DNA from: Dicyema japonicum | Taxonomy: Eukaryota > Animalia > Dicyemida | Length of the DNA stretch: 64,000 nucleotides | Direction of reading: 5' to 3' | Assembly: GCA_011109175.1 (NCBI GenBank) | Contig: RDEW01000020.1 | Span: 910,755-974,754 of the forward strand | Shown: piece by piece, positions 11,601-24,599 of the stretch | Layout of the letters: each line of letters opens with the position of its first letter | How positions within the stretch are numbered: position 1 is the first letter of the stretch | Notes under the pieces: generated by a model | The model's input: the letters and a program-made list of their open reading frames with translations, nothing else | Databases searched by the model: none | Told to the model about the DNA's origin: nothing | Position numbers and translations under genes: made by a program

Positions 11601-12871
11601 TAATGAATACTTAGAAGTGAAATACCTCTGTTTCATTATGCTTGATTGAATCGACAACTTGTACTAGTTCCAGTTTAGTGTGTTTCTGGTCCTCTCTGAC
11701 CTTGGTATCCTCAAATTCTAGCTTTTTGAACTTTTGTCGAGCATCAGACCCGACTTTATTAGCTTCTTTAAAGTGTCTGAATTATAAACAACAGTACTTT
11801 TGTGTCTCATTATATTCATTATTAATAGTGCTCTTTGCGGAATAATATTCATTCAATTTTGCATCACAGTCATCCAATTTGACCTTCAAAGACTTCTTCT
11901 CGTCTTCACCAGTTTTTATACGACCCTTTATATCAAATCTACAATTTCTAAAGTATTATACATGTTTTTATTAAAAAGTTTAAATTTATAAACAGTTTGA
12001 GAATTCAGCAGGCTGAGATAGTGAATAGCTTCATCTCTGGCCTCTCTCAGTTCGTTCTTTTCAATTTCTGACTGTTTTGTCAATGTGAACTTGCATCACC
12101 CCAAACAACTACCATGTTAACTTTGGCATCAGAGAGTTTAGCTATTCTATCCTCATAAATGTCAATAATTCTTTTGTATTTGTTCGACCCAATGATATCC
12201 TCTAGGTATTCAAGCATCCCTTCGTCGTTCTCTCCTACAGAGATTGGTTTCATAAGGGAAATCTGTTCAACCTCTCCCTATCATTATATCCTTCCATTTC
12301 ACCTGTAAGATAAGAAACCGGTTATTCTGAATTCCAATTCCACATTGTTTTAGATGACTGGCGACCTGCTTTGCTGAGATTTTCTCGTTGTCATGATAAT
12401 AGTTAGAAACCCCTTCTTTGTTGACAGTCCGACGAATTGTGAACTTTTTGTTATCGTCGGTTTGGTTAACGTTAATTTGTCTGAATTCTATAGAGACTGA
12501 ACAGCTATGAATGTTTGAGAACGATGAGCTGTTGTGGATTAGCACTGCCAGGTTCTTTGAACGTATCTTTTGGGCTCTAAATCCAAAGACAAATAGAATG
12601 GCATCGATAATGTTTGACTTTCCACTTCCATTTGGTCCGACAATACAAGAAAAGTTCTATAATGAAAAAATAAAAATACATTGTGGAATGGACCCAGTCG
12701 GTTGACTCCAGCGTAGGATTTGAAATTTTCCACTACTAGATAGTCGATTATGAAGCGGCTTTGTGGATTGAGATCGTCTGCTAATACAACATCTTCTTCA
12801 ATCTCTATTTGTCCTAAGGACTCAACAGAATCAATATTATTGGGATCGAAATCAACTGAAGAAACTTGCAT
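8664..12871 (-). CDS. SMC4: Condensin subunit SMC4; many 21-26 nt introns
   Basis: ENFKSYAG, Walker A GPNGSGKSN, NRFLILQ, hinge (YDVAISTAC, RVVTLDGKLIETSG), LSGGEKT, YVMDEIDAALD, AQFIIISLR..RLVGVYK; stop at 8664-8666. Confidence 0.95.
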
Positions 12872-13534
12872 CACTGATGACGTTTAGATAGTCTACTGTA
12901 GGCGCCAATCTATTTAAATATATTTAAATTAAATAATAATAATATAATAATAATTAGAAGAGTTAACTTCCAACTCATCCTTATCCCTCTCNNNNNNNNN
13001 NNNNNNNNNNNNNNNNNNNNNNNNNNNNNNNNNNNNNNNNNNNNNNNNNNNNNNNNNNNNNNNNNNNNNNNNNNNNNNNNNNNNNNNNNNNNNNNNNNNN
13101 NNNNNNNNNNNNNNNNNNNNNNNNNNNNNNNNNNNNNNNNNNNNNNNNNNNNNNNNNNNNNNNNNNNNNNNNNNNNNNNNNNNNNNNNNNNNNNNNNNNN
13201 NNNNNNNNNNNNNNNNNNNNNNNNNNNNNNNNNNNNNNNNNNNNNNNNNNNNNNNNNNNNNNNNNNNNNNNNNNNNNNNNNNNNNNNNNNNNNNNNNNNN
13301 NNNNNNNNNNNNNNNNNNNNNNNNNNNNNNNNNNNNNNNNNNNNNNNNNNNNNNNNNNNNNNNNNNNNNNNNNNNNNNNNNNNNNNNNNNNNNNNNNNNN
13401 NNNNNNNNNNNNNNNNNNNNNNNNNNNNNNNNNNNNNNNNNNNNNNNNNNNNNNNNNNNNNNNNNNNNNNNNNNNNNNNNNNNNNNNNNNNNNNNNNNNN
13501 NNNNNNNNNNNNNNNNNNNNNNNNNNNNNNNNNN

Positions 13535-16500
13535 AAGGCCTCACGAGCATGGCCGGAATTCTTGTAAATAGAGAATTCAGGTAGAGAGTGTAGAAACTTT
13601 TTGACATAGGAGCTACCAGCCACTAGCGATGATAGGTATGAAGGGAGAAAAAGCTCCACAAGGTTCCGAATTCCAAGTCCTCCAAGTCTCAATGGCAGCC
13701 TGGCTTGCTTCCATAAGTAATCTTCGAACCGGACGTTGAAAATACGTTCTGCTGTCGTACGGAAGATCTGGTTAATCTATGCTAGTTGCTCACACAGAGT
13801 GAAGTAGGGAGCAGTCCTCACGACATATGTAGGCCTCTGTACGTTGAAACTGTTTTTCAAAAGGAATAATGCTGTATGCAAGTCAAGTATACACAAGCGG
13901 TCCAGAGTCTTTCCGAGTAACAGTTGTTATTCAGGCATTGCTATTCCCATCGAGTTTATGGTGATTTAGGATCCGAAGTATGTAATTTTTTCATTGGGTG
14001 TGGAAATACTTCCAGGCAGTAAATTTCCGAAACATTATAATACTTTAAAATACTTCTTTTTTGAAAGTCCGTAATTGTAGATTTCGCATTTAAATGTATT
14101 TTAATTCTAGTCCAGCTTCCAACAATAATAGAAGTATCACTTCCAAATCCCGAAAAATAGTATCCCGGGGTCCTCCGAGGACCGCATTATCCAGAAACCA
14201 TAAGCTGAGCAGCGAGCGCGGAAGTTTGGTGATATTCTCTTTTGCAAGACAAAACAATAGGGGTCTAAGGGGATCTCCCTGTTGCACTCCAGAATATGAA
14301 TAGATTAGGTAGTCACCGAAAAGTAAAAATGAAGGTAGGTTGCATGACTGATTCATAAATTCAAAAATATTATGGGATCTCTCAACACACGCCTCCAGGA
14401 AATTGTTCCTTCTTACACTATTAAAGGCGTTCTTGATGTCCAGTTTGACCAGGATATGTGCCCGGGAATTTTCTATATGCGATTTATGAATGACCTCACT
14501 TAATGTACAGCGCCCTCGCATTCCAAGCGAAAACAAACTCCTACTTAAGAAGAGTTCAAGAATTATGTGACGAGTGGAATAGANNNNNNNNNNNNNNNNN
14601 NNNNNNNNNNNNNNNNNNNNNNNNNNNNNNNNNNNNNNNNNNNNNNNNNNNNNNNNNNNNNNNNNNNNNNNNNNNNNNNNNNNNNNNCCAGGAAATTGTC
14701 CCTTCTTACACTATTAAAGGCGTTCTTGATGTCCAGTTTGACCAGGACATGTGCCCGGGAATTTTCTATATACAATTTATGAATGACCTTACTGAATGTA
14801 CAGCGCCCTCGCATTCCAAGCGAAAACAAACGCCTACTTGAGAGGAGTTCAAGAATTATGTGACGAGTGGAATAGATTATCTGGAGGTAATTTTAGCAGC
14901 CCCTTTTCTGAAGACAAACCGACCGGANCGCATTCCAAGCGAATACAAACGCCTACTTGAGAGGAGTTCAAGAATTATGTGACTAGTGGAATAGATTATC
15001 TGGAGGTAATTTTAGAAGCCCCTTTTCTGAAGACAAACCGACCGGAACTGGTCGTACTCCGCCGCCCTTCTTATCGAAGGCTATCAAATTGGCGGATAAC
15101 AGGAAAAGGCGGGAAGAACTCAAGACAGGATCCGGTACATAAGTGGAGTAGTTGAATTCGTAGGACAAAGTCCTGATCTCTTACGGACAAAGAGGTTAGA
15201 TCCTTCAGGTAGCCAGGTCTCATTCCGTCGAGCCCACTACTGCTGGAGCAAAATTACGTATTGCGAGGAGAACTTAAATCGTTTGATGCAATCAGGGGAC
15301 TCACTCCAAATGGGGGAGCGACTTGGCGTAGGTTTTTGGAATGCCAGTGGATGCTTGTTCAGTAAAATTTTGTATGCGTCTAGAGTCAGTAAAATATTGT
15401 ATGCGTCTGGAACAGAAGCATTCAATCAGCGACTCAGTTGGCTTATCATATGCTCCACAACTTGGAACTATAGCTCTCGAAGCGGAGAGTTGCAGCAAAG
15501 TCCTTTGTCTCACTGTTTACCACCTACAAGAGACAGCTCTGTATCGAAACAAAAGTCTTTATGAAGAACGAAGCTATCTCTATTAACAAAACACCGAAGA
15601 TTCTGGGAGTTACCTTTGATCAGGGACGGACCTTTAACCGGCATGTTGAAAACAGAGTAACTTCTGCNNNNNNNNNNNNNNNNNNNNNNNNNNNNNNNNN
15701 NNNNNNNNNNNNNNNNNNNNNNNNNNNNNNNNNNNNNNNNNNNNNNNNNNNNNNNNNNNNNNNNNNNNNNNNNNNNNNNNNNNNNNNNNNNNNNNNNNNN
15801 NNNNNNNNNNNNNNNNNNNNNNNNNNNNNNNNNNNNNNNNNNNNNNNNNNNNNNNNNNNNNNNNNNNNNNNNNNNNNNNNNNNNNNNNNNNNNNNNNNNN
15901 NNNNNNNNNNNNNNNNNNNNNNNNNNNNNNNNNNNNNNNNNNNNNNNNNNNNNNNNNNNNNNNNNNNNNNNNNNNNNNNNNNNNNNNNNNNNNNNNNNNN
16001 NNNNNNNNNNNNNNNNNNNNNNNNNNNNNNNNNNNNNNNNNNNNNNNNNNNNNNNNNNNNNNNNNNNNNNNNNNNNNNNNNNNNNNNNNNNNNNNNNNNN
16101 NNNNNNNNNNNNNNNNNNNNNNNNNNNNNNNNNNNNNNNNNNNNNNNNNNNNNNNNNNNNNNNNNNNNNNNNNNNNNNNNNNNNNNNNNNNNNNNNNNNN
16201 NNNNNNNNNNNNNNNNNNNNNNNNNNNNNNNNNNNNNNNNNNNNNNNNNNNNNNNNNNNNNNNNNNNNNNNNNNNNNNNNNNNNNNNNNNNNNNNNNNNN
16301 NNNNNNNNNNNNNNNNNNNNNNNTGGCTTGGTCGTAGGCCGTCCAGACCGGCGCCGCTGCTTCCAGGGAATGCACGAATAGCCCATTTAATATCATCAGG
16401 GGTGGCATTTAGTTGTGGGACATCCTTTTGAATTTTCGTGTCACGTAGATCAGCTGGTGCGGGCGGATGTTTCTGGACTAACTGGTCTAAGGTTTCTTTG

Positions 16501-16620
16501 CTTGGTGAAAGAACCTTGTCGCTGCTGGAGAGTGGATGAAGAGGGTGAGTCAACAGAAGTCGAAATGCTTTCCCCTCACAGAAAGATTGTTATTTGTCCG
16601 GTCACTTTCCATCTCCTTGT
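13535..16620 (-). mobile_element. CRE-like retrotransposon RT region, degenerate and gapped
   Basis: FPGSSGAGLDGLRP, KKGGGVRPVPVG, KLDIKNAFNSV, GVQQGDPL, WFLDN, RLGGLGIR; frameshifts, N gaps and duplicated segments. Confidence 0.8.
15561..15667 (+). mobile_element. Ingi/Vingi/Jockey-like RT C-terminal fragment inside the CRE relic
   Basis: PKILGVTFD..TFNRHV motif running into an N gap. Confidence 0.55.
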
Positions 16621-16650
16621 CCAGGCTATTCTTGCTTTAGATAAATTAAA

Positions 16651-16842
16651 CACGTGTCTACCATTAAGAAAATTAGTCACGTGAACAAGTTACTTGCCTA
16701 ATGTCGGAAATTCAGTTTTTACGGTTGAATAAAACTTTATAAAATTGCTATTTAATTAATGCATTTAACGTCTGTCTAAGCTAGAATTTTTGACACAAAG
16801 AAAATTTATCACGTGGTATTTGGCACGTGGTCAGTACACGTG
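16651..16842. promoter_or_regulatory. Cluster of five CACGTG E-boxes upstream of the LINE ORF
   Basis: CACGTG at 16651, 16678, 16810, 16824 and 16837; function inferred only. Confidence 0.4.
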
Positions 16843-16964
16843 TGAGGACTCAAAATAAACCGGATTTCATATCCAACTGAAATATCAAAATTAAATTAAT
16901 AAACAAGCTTATTAAATCACTTGAAAATAGTTTTAAAATTAATACAAATGCCTCTCTTGCACCT

Positions 16965-19900
16965 ATGTCTGCAAGGTATTCAGAACAATTTAATGACCTG
17001 ACTATCCTAACTTTCAATGTCAGAGGCCTGAATAACGTGGTTAAGAAGCAGCTTATATGTTCGGATGTTGAGAAATACCGGGGTTCTGTATGCTGCCTGC
17101 AGGAGACTAAAATAAAAAATGGACTCGATAAAACACATGCAAATTACAGGTTACTATTGCTTCCTTCAAAATCAAGGCATTATGGACAAGGCTTTGCCAT
17201 ACACAAGGACTATATTCCCAGAGTATATCGTTGCTGGAAAGTCAATGACAGAATCAGTGTCTTACAACTACGTACAAGATCAAGCAGAAATTCGAGGAGA
17301 CTAATCTCAATTATCAACGTTTACGCACCACACAGTGGACGTATCCTAAAAAATCCGGAAGAACTTGACCTGTTCTACTAGGAATTGGGAAGGACATTAA
17401 CAGACCTCTGTTCATCATACTTATTGTTTATTGCCGGGGACTGGAATGCGAAAACGGGAACCCGTAGAGAAAATGAAAGCTTCATTGGCCAGCACAGAAG
17501 AGGAATCAGAAACTTCCTCGGAACCATCTTGGCAGAGTTTTGCCAGGCATTTGATCTGTTCCTATGTAATACTGGTTTCCAACATCCCGCACGTCATAAA
17601 ACGACATGGACTGGGCAACGACTTTTACCTACCAAAGGCTCTATTAACATTTTCAATCAAATCGACTACATCATATGCCGAGTTAAAGAAAAATCACTCC
17701 TACGTGACTCGAGGTCTTACGGAGGTGCAGCTATCGACAGTGATTACATGATAGTCTATGCCAATTTCACAATGAGGACTTTGACTGACCTAATAAGAAG
17801 AGAGTGAAACGTAGATGTAAGAAGAAGCTATAAAATGGAACAATTGTGTTATTCTACATCAATCAGAGACAACTACCAAATATCAATTACGAAATTTCTC
17901 CGAAACCTGGATCCCAGACTTCCTACAGGAGGCACCTGGGCGAGACAATGAAAGGGATCGGCAGCAAATGGGAGTATTGGAACCTGGTCCCCAGCACTGT
18001 TTAAAAAATGTATGCATCCAGATGTCCCCGCCCTCATTAAAGAACAAAGGGAACTAAGATTACAACTGGAAAATACGTATGATCCGGACAGGAAACAAAT
18101 CTTGAAGTCTAGAAAAAGATCCACCCAGAAAACCATAAAGATTTTGAATAAGAAGCACGCCAATAACCTACTTGCTATAAGAGCTGCAGAAGTTGAACAG
18201 CTAAAAGACTCATCAAAAGTGTTCACTGCAATCCGTCTGCTCAACAGAAGAAAACAAACGAACAAATTCAAACTACATGACAGAAATGGAAGATTCTTAA
18301 CAAATCTCAAAGATCAGGGTGAACATATTGCGTCGCATTTCGAAGATATTAACTGTCCGCGGAGAAATATCTGATCATACTTGTGGATACGCCACCTAAC
18401 TTGATAAAGCTATCACACCTGGCGAAATCTCAAATGCAGTGGTCAAACTTAAGAATGGTCGCTCCCCTGGACCGGATGGAATCAATTCAGAACTTGTCAA
18501 ATATGGGCCACCTGCACTAACAGACAAGTTGGCAAAACTACTCAACTCTATGTTTATAAAANNNNNNNNNNNNNNNNNNNNNNNNNNNNNNNNNNNNNNN
18601 NNNNNNNNNNNNNNNNNNNNNNNNNNNNNNNNNNNNNNNNNNNNNNNNNNNNNNNNNNNNNNNNNNNNNNNNNNNNNNNNNNNNCCCGCCCTTATTATAG
18701 AACAAATGGAACTAAGATTACAGCTGAAAAATACGTCTGATCCGTTGAGGAAACAAACAGTAAAGTTTAGAAGAACATCTACACAAAAAACCATAAAGAT
18801 TTTGAATAAGTAGCACGCCACTAACCTACTTGATCTAAAAGATGCACAAGTTGAACAGTTCAAAGACTCATCAAAAATGTTAACTGCAATCAGTCTGCTC
18901 AACAGAAGAAAACAAACGAACAAACTCAAACTACATGATGGGAATGGAAAATTTTTAACAAATCTCAAAAATCAGGTTAATACATTGCGTCGTATTTCGA
19001 GGATATATTAACTGTCCGCGGAGGAATATCTGATCATAATTGTGGATACGGCACTCAACTCGATAAAGCTATCACATTTGGTCCAATCTTAAATGCAATT
19101 GTCAAACGTAAGAATGGCCGCTCCTCTGGACTGGATGGAATGAATTCAGAACTTTTCAAAGCCGCCTGCACTAACAGACAAACTTGCGGAATACTCAAAT
19201 CTATATTTATAAAAAAAAGAATACCCCGCTCTTGGATCCGGATTAATAATATCAATACAAAATCCTAACAAGCATGCTGGGCCTGTTGAAAACCTACGTC
19301 AAATAATCCTGCTAAACAAACACCTTACGGAAACTTCTGACATTAGATACGTTGAACCGAATCAGAGAATGCTGGGCCTGTTGAAAACCTACGTCAAATA
19401 ATCCTGCTAAACAAACACCTTACGGAAACTTCTGACATTAGATACGTTGAACCGAATCAGAGAACTAGTGGTCAACAATCTATCCCCTAGTCATAGTGGA
19501 TTCAGGACAGGAGATCCACTGCGGATGTAGTATGGAGCCACAAGTGGCGGTGCGCTTTCAACGAGAGATTTGAAAGTGCAACAACAATCCTGGGAATAGA
19601 CCTCTCTATGGCCTTTAACNCTGAAACAATTCTTGGACCCTGATTCTGTCAATATGATCAGTGTTGCTATCTAACACGAAGCTCAGAGTGCTGGTCGTTA
19701 AGACGTTTTCTCGTGAATTTACGTGCAATGTTGGTACTCCCCAGGGAAATTCCCTCTCGCCCCTGCTATTTGTCATATATCTGAAGGCAGCATTACGAGA
19801 TCTTCGGAAGTTCTATGATGGCAACATCGTCGAAATTGCTTGTGCGAACGACGTCGACTTCAAAAGACAAATCAGCCCTACTTCGACTCCTCAAAGTGGC

Positions 19901-20794
19901 CCCTGCTGAGCTGAACAGATGGTTCCTTGGAATGAAAATCGCAAAAACTGACATTGTGGAAATCAGGAGAATGGAAAGCAGATCAAGTGAAACATGGCGA
20001 AAAACAAACAAACTTGGCTCTTTACTTGGAGACAGTCAAGATATTGCCAGAAAGAAAGCCCTCACTTGGGTAACGATGAACAAGTTGAAGAAAAAGTGGA
20101 TTGGCAAACGACGATCTTGCACATCACTTCGTTTGATACTGTATGAAGCCTTTGTCAAGCCGATCCTAATGTACAATTCATCAACCTGGGGAACGTCCAA
20201 AACCGAACAACTTGGACTAGACTCTTTCCATCGAAGACAACTTAGATCCCTACTAGGACTGAACTGGCCAGCAAGAATAAAAAAGGAATCGCTGTACAAG
20301 AGATGTTTCACGGGTCCACTGAGTCTCGAAATTGCTGATATGCGCTGGAAGCTATTTGGACAAATCTTGCGTATGGACTTGGGGGCTCCAGCAAACATAG
20401 CAATGGAGGACTACTTCATGAGACAGGGATCATGTTTTCGTGGACGCCGGCGTATTACACTACCTGAAACACTTGAAGGAGATCTAAAGCTCGTGAACAA
20501 ACGTCTAAGAAGTGGGGACGACCTGGACGAGTTGAGGAAACTCTCTTACGATCGAGGAGGTTGAAAGAAGTTGGTTCGGAGGATTGTTTTGAACTTTAAT
20601 CTTTTCTAAGNATGAGAAAGGGACCGTGTTTTCGTGGACGCCGGCGTATTACACTACCTGAAACACTTGAAGGAGATTTAAAGCTCGTGAACAAACGTCT
20701 AAGAAGTGGGGACGAGTTGAGGAAACTCTCCTATGATCGAGGAGGTTGGAAGAAGTTGGTTCGGAGGATTGTTTTGAACTTTAATCTTTTCTAA
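16965..20794 (+). mobile_element. RTE-like APE-RT LINE, near full length, inactivated
   Basis: APE (TFNVRGL, LQETK, NVYAP, GDWNAK, QIDYI, SD), RT (SPGPDGI, SGFRTGRST, GTPQG, NDVD), C-terminal RWKLFGQILR and RGRRR; stops and frameshifts. Confidence 0.85.
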
Positions 20795-21889
20795 GGTTCA
20801 ATACAAAAGAGACTTGGTGAGTAAATACTGACTTTTCTATTTTGAAAAAAGGGCATATCTGGAATAACATTTATAGAAATCGAACAAGGTAATTAAATTT
20901 GTCGATTTGGGTCGTTCCTCAGTTTCCCAGTTTTAAGAATAAGACGTATATGCTCAAGTTTCCGCAAACTTGGAATTCAGTTCGAGTCAATTGATTAGTT
21001 GTAACGACTTCTTATGGTCCTTGTGGAATATTTTATGTAATTTTTCACATCATTGAAAGCCTCTTTGGCTGTAATAATCCTCAGATTATTTTTCATTTGC
21101 TCTTGAAACGTTCCGAATGGTCTTCTAAACTTATAGGGTGGATCTATTTCTGTTTAACCGCAAGAGCACATGCATCCAGTTTAATCTCTGGACTTTGAAC
21201 TCCCTGATTTTTATTTCATTGTTCAAAGTTTTCAAAAAGAGCCTTACTTCAGTAGTCGACTGGACAGTTGATTTCTTTCTCTAACTAGGGTCATGCTGTC
21301 ATATCCCCTGGTGTGGTTAAGGTGATGTTTAGGCACGAATAATGATATTGCANGTTCCGAATGGTCTTCTAAACTTATAGGGTGGATCTATTTCTGTTTA
21401 ACCGCAAGAGCACATGCATCCAGTTTGATCGCTGGACTTTGAACTCCCTGATTTTTATTTCATTGTTCAAAGTTTTCAAAAGGAGCTTTACCTCATTGTT
21501 CAAAGTTTTCAAAGGACAGTCGATTTCTTTCTCTAACTGGGGTCATGCTGTCATATCCCCTGGTGTGGTTAAGGTGATGTTTAGGCACGAATAATGATAT
21601 TGCACCCAAGATAGTACGGTTGATATAAGCGACTGATTTAACAGGTGAAAGTTATGCAGTTGGCTGTCAGTGAAATCACAGTAAAGTTTCCAGTCACGTT
21701 TGTAGTTAAAGTGGTATGGAAACTAGTGCCGCAAAAAATCGAAGGCGGATTAGGACAAAATAAGAAATGGGACTTTAAAGTTGTATGGTGACCCCAGAGA
21801 AGGCTTTTCAAGTAGACACAAATTTCCCTGGGTATCAGAACTATCACTTTTGAGAAATGATAACCACTTATCTCCTTGCTATAATGGTG

Positions 21890-22015
21890 GTTATAGTAAA
21901 GCATGTGCAATACAAGAAGCATTGCTATTAGTTAGCCTCTTCCATCCTCCACGGTTACACGCAATCGATCTCAGCTCGTCCAGATCGTCTCCTGTCTTTT
22001 GGCATTCTTGAGAAA
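21890..22015 (-). mobile_element. RTE-like LINE 3'-end fragment
   Basis: Minus strand reads TGDDLDELRSIACNRGGWKRL..AHALL*, matching the C-termini of the two RTE-like elements. Confidence 0.65.
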
Positions 22016-22268
22016 TATGTATCAGTAAAAAAGTAAATAAACAATTTTTAAATTGAAGAAAGATATTAAAATATTTAAAATATAATTAACTTAAAATATA
22101 TAAGTTAATTTTATATAAATTAATTTAAATAATCACTGTTCGAACATTTCTCTTGTTGTCATGTCAGGTGATGCTAGTTTAAACATAAATTATCGTGAAG
22201 AAAATATATAAGTTAATTTTATATAAATTAATTTAAATAATCACTGTTCGAACATTTCTCTTGTTGTC

Positions 22269-22840
22269 ATGTCTGGTGATGCTAGTTTAAACATAAATTA
22301 TCGTGAAGAAGATCAATTAAATGGTAATATTTATTATTAATATTTAGACTATTCGGATAACTTCTCTACTCCTTCTATCAATGAAACACAAGGTTATTTT
22401 CATCTGAGATAAATTAGACTCTGAGAGAAAAAATGTCTTTATGCGGCTAAATAACGCAATTCCAGGAAGGGCAGTACCTCAGAGATGTAGAATTTTATGA
22501 TCACAATTTAAGCCGTCGAGGGATGGGTTCTGATGGCTACTGGAATCAACGACGAGGCCGACTTGTCATTAATGCAATCAAAGTTCGGTGAGTTTGGAAG
22601 AATTAAGAACTTTAAACTACCAATAGACTATAAGAGAGGCTACAATATGGTTGATTTAGTTATAATTGATAGGGATATGCTGTTATTGAGTATGAACGAT
22701 ATGATGATGCTGTACTAGCTGTGAGAGAGATGGATGGGACTGTTCACTATGGTCAATCTATTTCTGTTGGATGGGCATTCCTTAGTGGACCCAGTGGAGA
22801 TAGGCATTCTGATTTTCGTAGATATAATCGTGAACGTTAG
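22269..22840 (+). CDS. RBM8A: Exon junction complex subunit Y14 (RRM); four ~23-26 nt introns
   Basis: Spliced product contains PQRSVEGWVLMATG, KFGEFGRIKN, GYAVIEYE, GQSISVGWAF; stop TAG at 22838-22840. Confidence 0.9.
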
Positions 22841-24599
22841 ACTGTGATTTATCTTTTTCTGATTTTTGATTTTGTTTTTAATATTTTGTGCAGTGATAAG
22901 GAAATCCTATTTACCCTCTTCGGGCGGAAAAAATTGGTTGATATAAGAAGCATTAGTCGGGTACTTGAAGAGGTTGTTATTGAAGAGGCAAGAACATATT
23001 GGCGAGTCAGATTTTTTTCTTATCAGCTTTTAAAGTTGAATGGTGGTCGCAGTCAATGCATGTTAAATGGATTCGAACTTCCCGAGGTAGTTCGATGGAG
23101 GCGGGAATCACAAAAAAAGATCTACATTTATTTTGTGAGAGTGTAAATGATTTCACATTTGTTTNGCATGTTAAATGGATTCGAACTTCCCGAGGTAGTT
23201 CGATGGAGGCGGGAATCACGAAAAAGATCTACATTTATTTTGTGAGAGTGGAAATGATTTCACATTTGTTTGAAGAGTGCCAGAGATTATGCGACGGATT
23301 GTCGGCCCGTTTGCATTTTCTGAGAAACTGTATACTGGGCATAAGAAAAAATCAATTTATATCAATAAACAATTAAAAACAATTGTAAGAAAAATCAATA
23401 TGTACGTTTTCACCTCATACCGTCGTTCAAAAGAAGATCCAAAAATTTTCATTGGTCTTGTCTAGACACCACTAACAAGGTCTCCTTCAATTCTTGAATT
23501 AATGTTCGACAGACTGTTGAATTTCCACTCACATGAGAAGAGAGTCCTCACTAAAAACCTGCAAAAGTTAAATGTTGTAAGCGCGCTTCTCCTGAGGACT
23601 ACTTTGAATTTGGATGCTATTGTTGCAAACTATCGCCTCGGCTGTGGAATATCCCTCTGTTGCATGGAAATTGGCGTTACCAAAAAGTAAGCTCCATAAA
23701 ATCAATTCAATATACCGGAAAACTATATTTATGATGGGCCCTAAATCTGGACCAATAGTTAATCCCCTACTCGCGGAAACTACGACCCGCAGTCGTAAAA
23801 CTAGATCCTTTGGGTCTGTAAGGAGGAAGGAAACCCGCTTAGCCTTTTCTAAAGCAAAAGAAAGTCGATTGGTTAGGAAGTTCCCCTCCCCAATCGGATT
23901 TCTCTGCAGAGATGAGAGAAGGTTCTTTCGCACGGTAGTAAGAACAATGGGAGACCACAGACTTTGGATGGTTCGTTTGATTGAGGAAACTGGGATTACC
24001 TAACTGTCTGACTTTTTTTCTGTCTTTCTTTCTCGGTGATCCCGGGGTTCTGAATAAATAAACAATAAAGTCAGTTTTTAGGACAAGTTCTCCATTATGG
24101 CCTGCAGGCATTGAGCAAAAATGGGAGTTGCTCTCATGAAGCCATCGTTTCATTATAGGCTATCCCTTTTGCAATCCTACAATCAACCTGAGAAATTTTG
24201 ATGTGCTGGGGCCAAGTGTTAATTAACGTCTAATTGAGTAATAACCGGGAAAAGACGCGTTCTTTCAAAGCATCGTGTCTATTCATATCAGCAGTCATTA
24301 ACCCCTCTACTGGAGTAGAAAAGAGAGTGATCCTATTAAATGCAAGCCAGACGCCCATTAGGATTCTAAAAGTGGTGTTGGAATAGAACCAACAGTATTT
24401 TCCAGAAACAAACTGAGTTTCTTTTTATGAATCTCTCTTTTCGACACGAATATTGGCATCCATTCAATCGACGTTAGCTCTTTTTTTCTTTAATTTTAAT
24501 GACCATTTCTCTAAAATATTTCTTATCCACAATCGAATTGAATAACTCCACATCATTGACCAGCTTTTAGTTGAGGTGGTGACGTCCCTCTTGAAAAGT

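Noticed and set aside
12910-16553. Long ORFs of 200-350 aa in the ORF track
   Set aside because: They run through N gaps (X residues).
22095-22310. Duplicated first exon of RBM8A; similar 60-140 nt tandem copies at 19275-19470, 29893-30070, 43320-43505, 56804-57082, 61817-62072, 62168-62350
   Set aside because: Read-length-scale, near-perfect and scattered regardless of context; most likely gap-closing artefacts without long-read support.
22900-23400. Possible Harbinger/ISL2EU transposase scrap (LYTGHKKK)
   Set aside because: One short motif, no TIRs or catalytic residues found.
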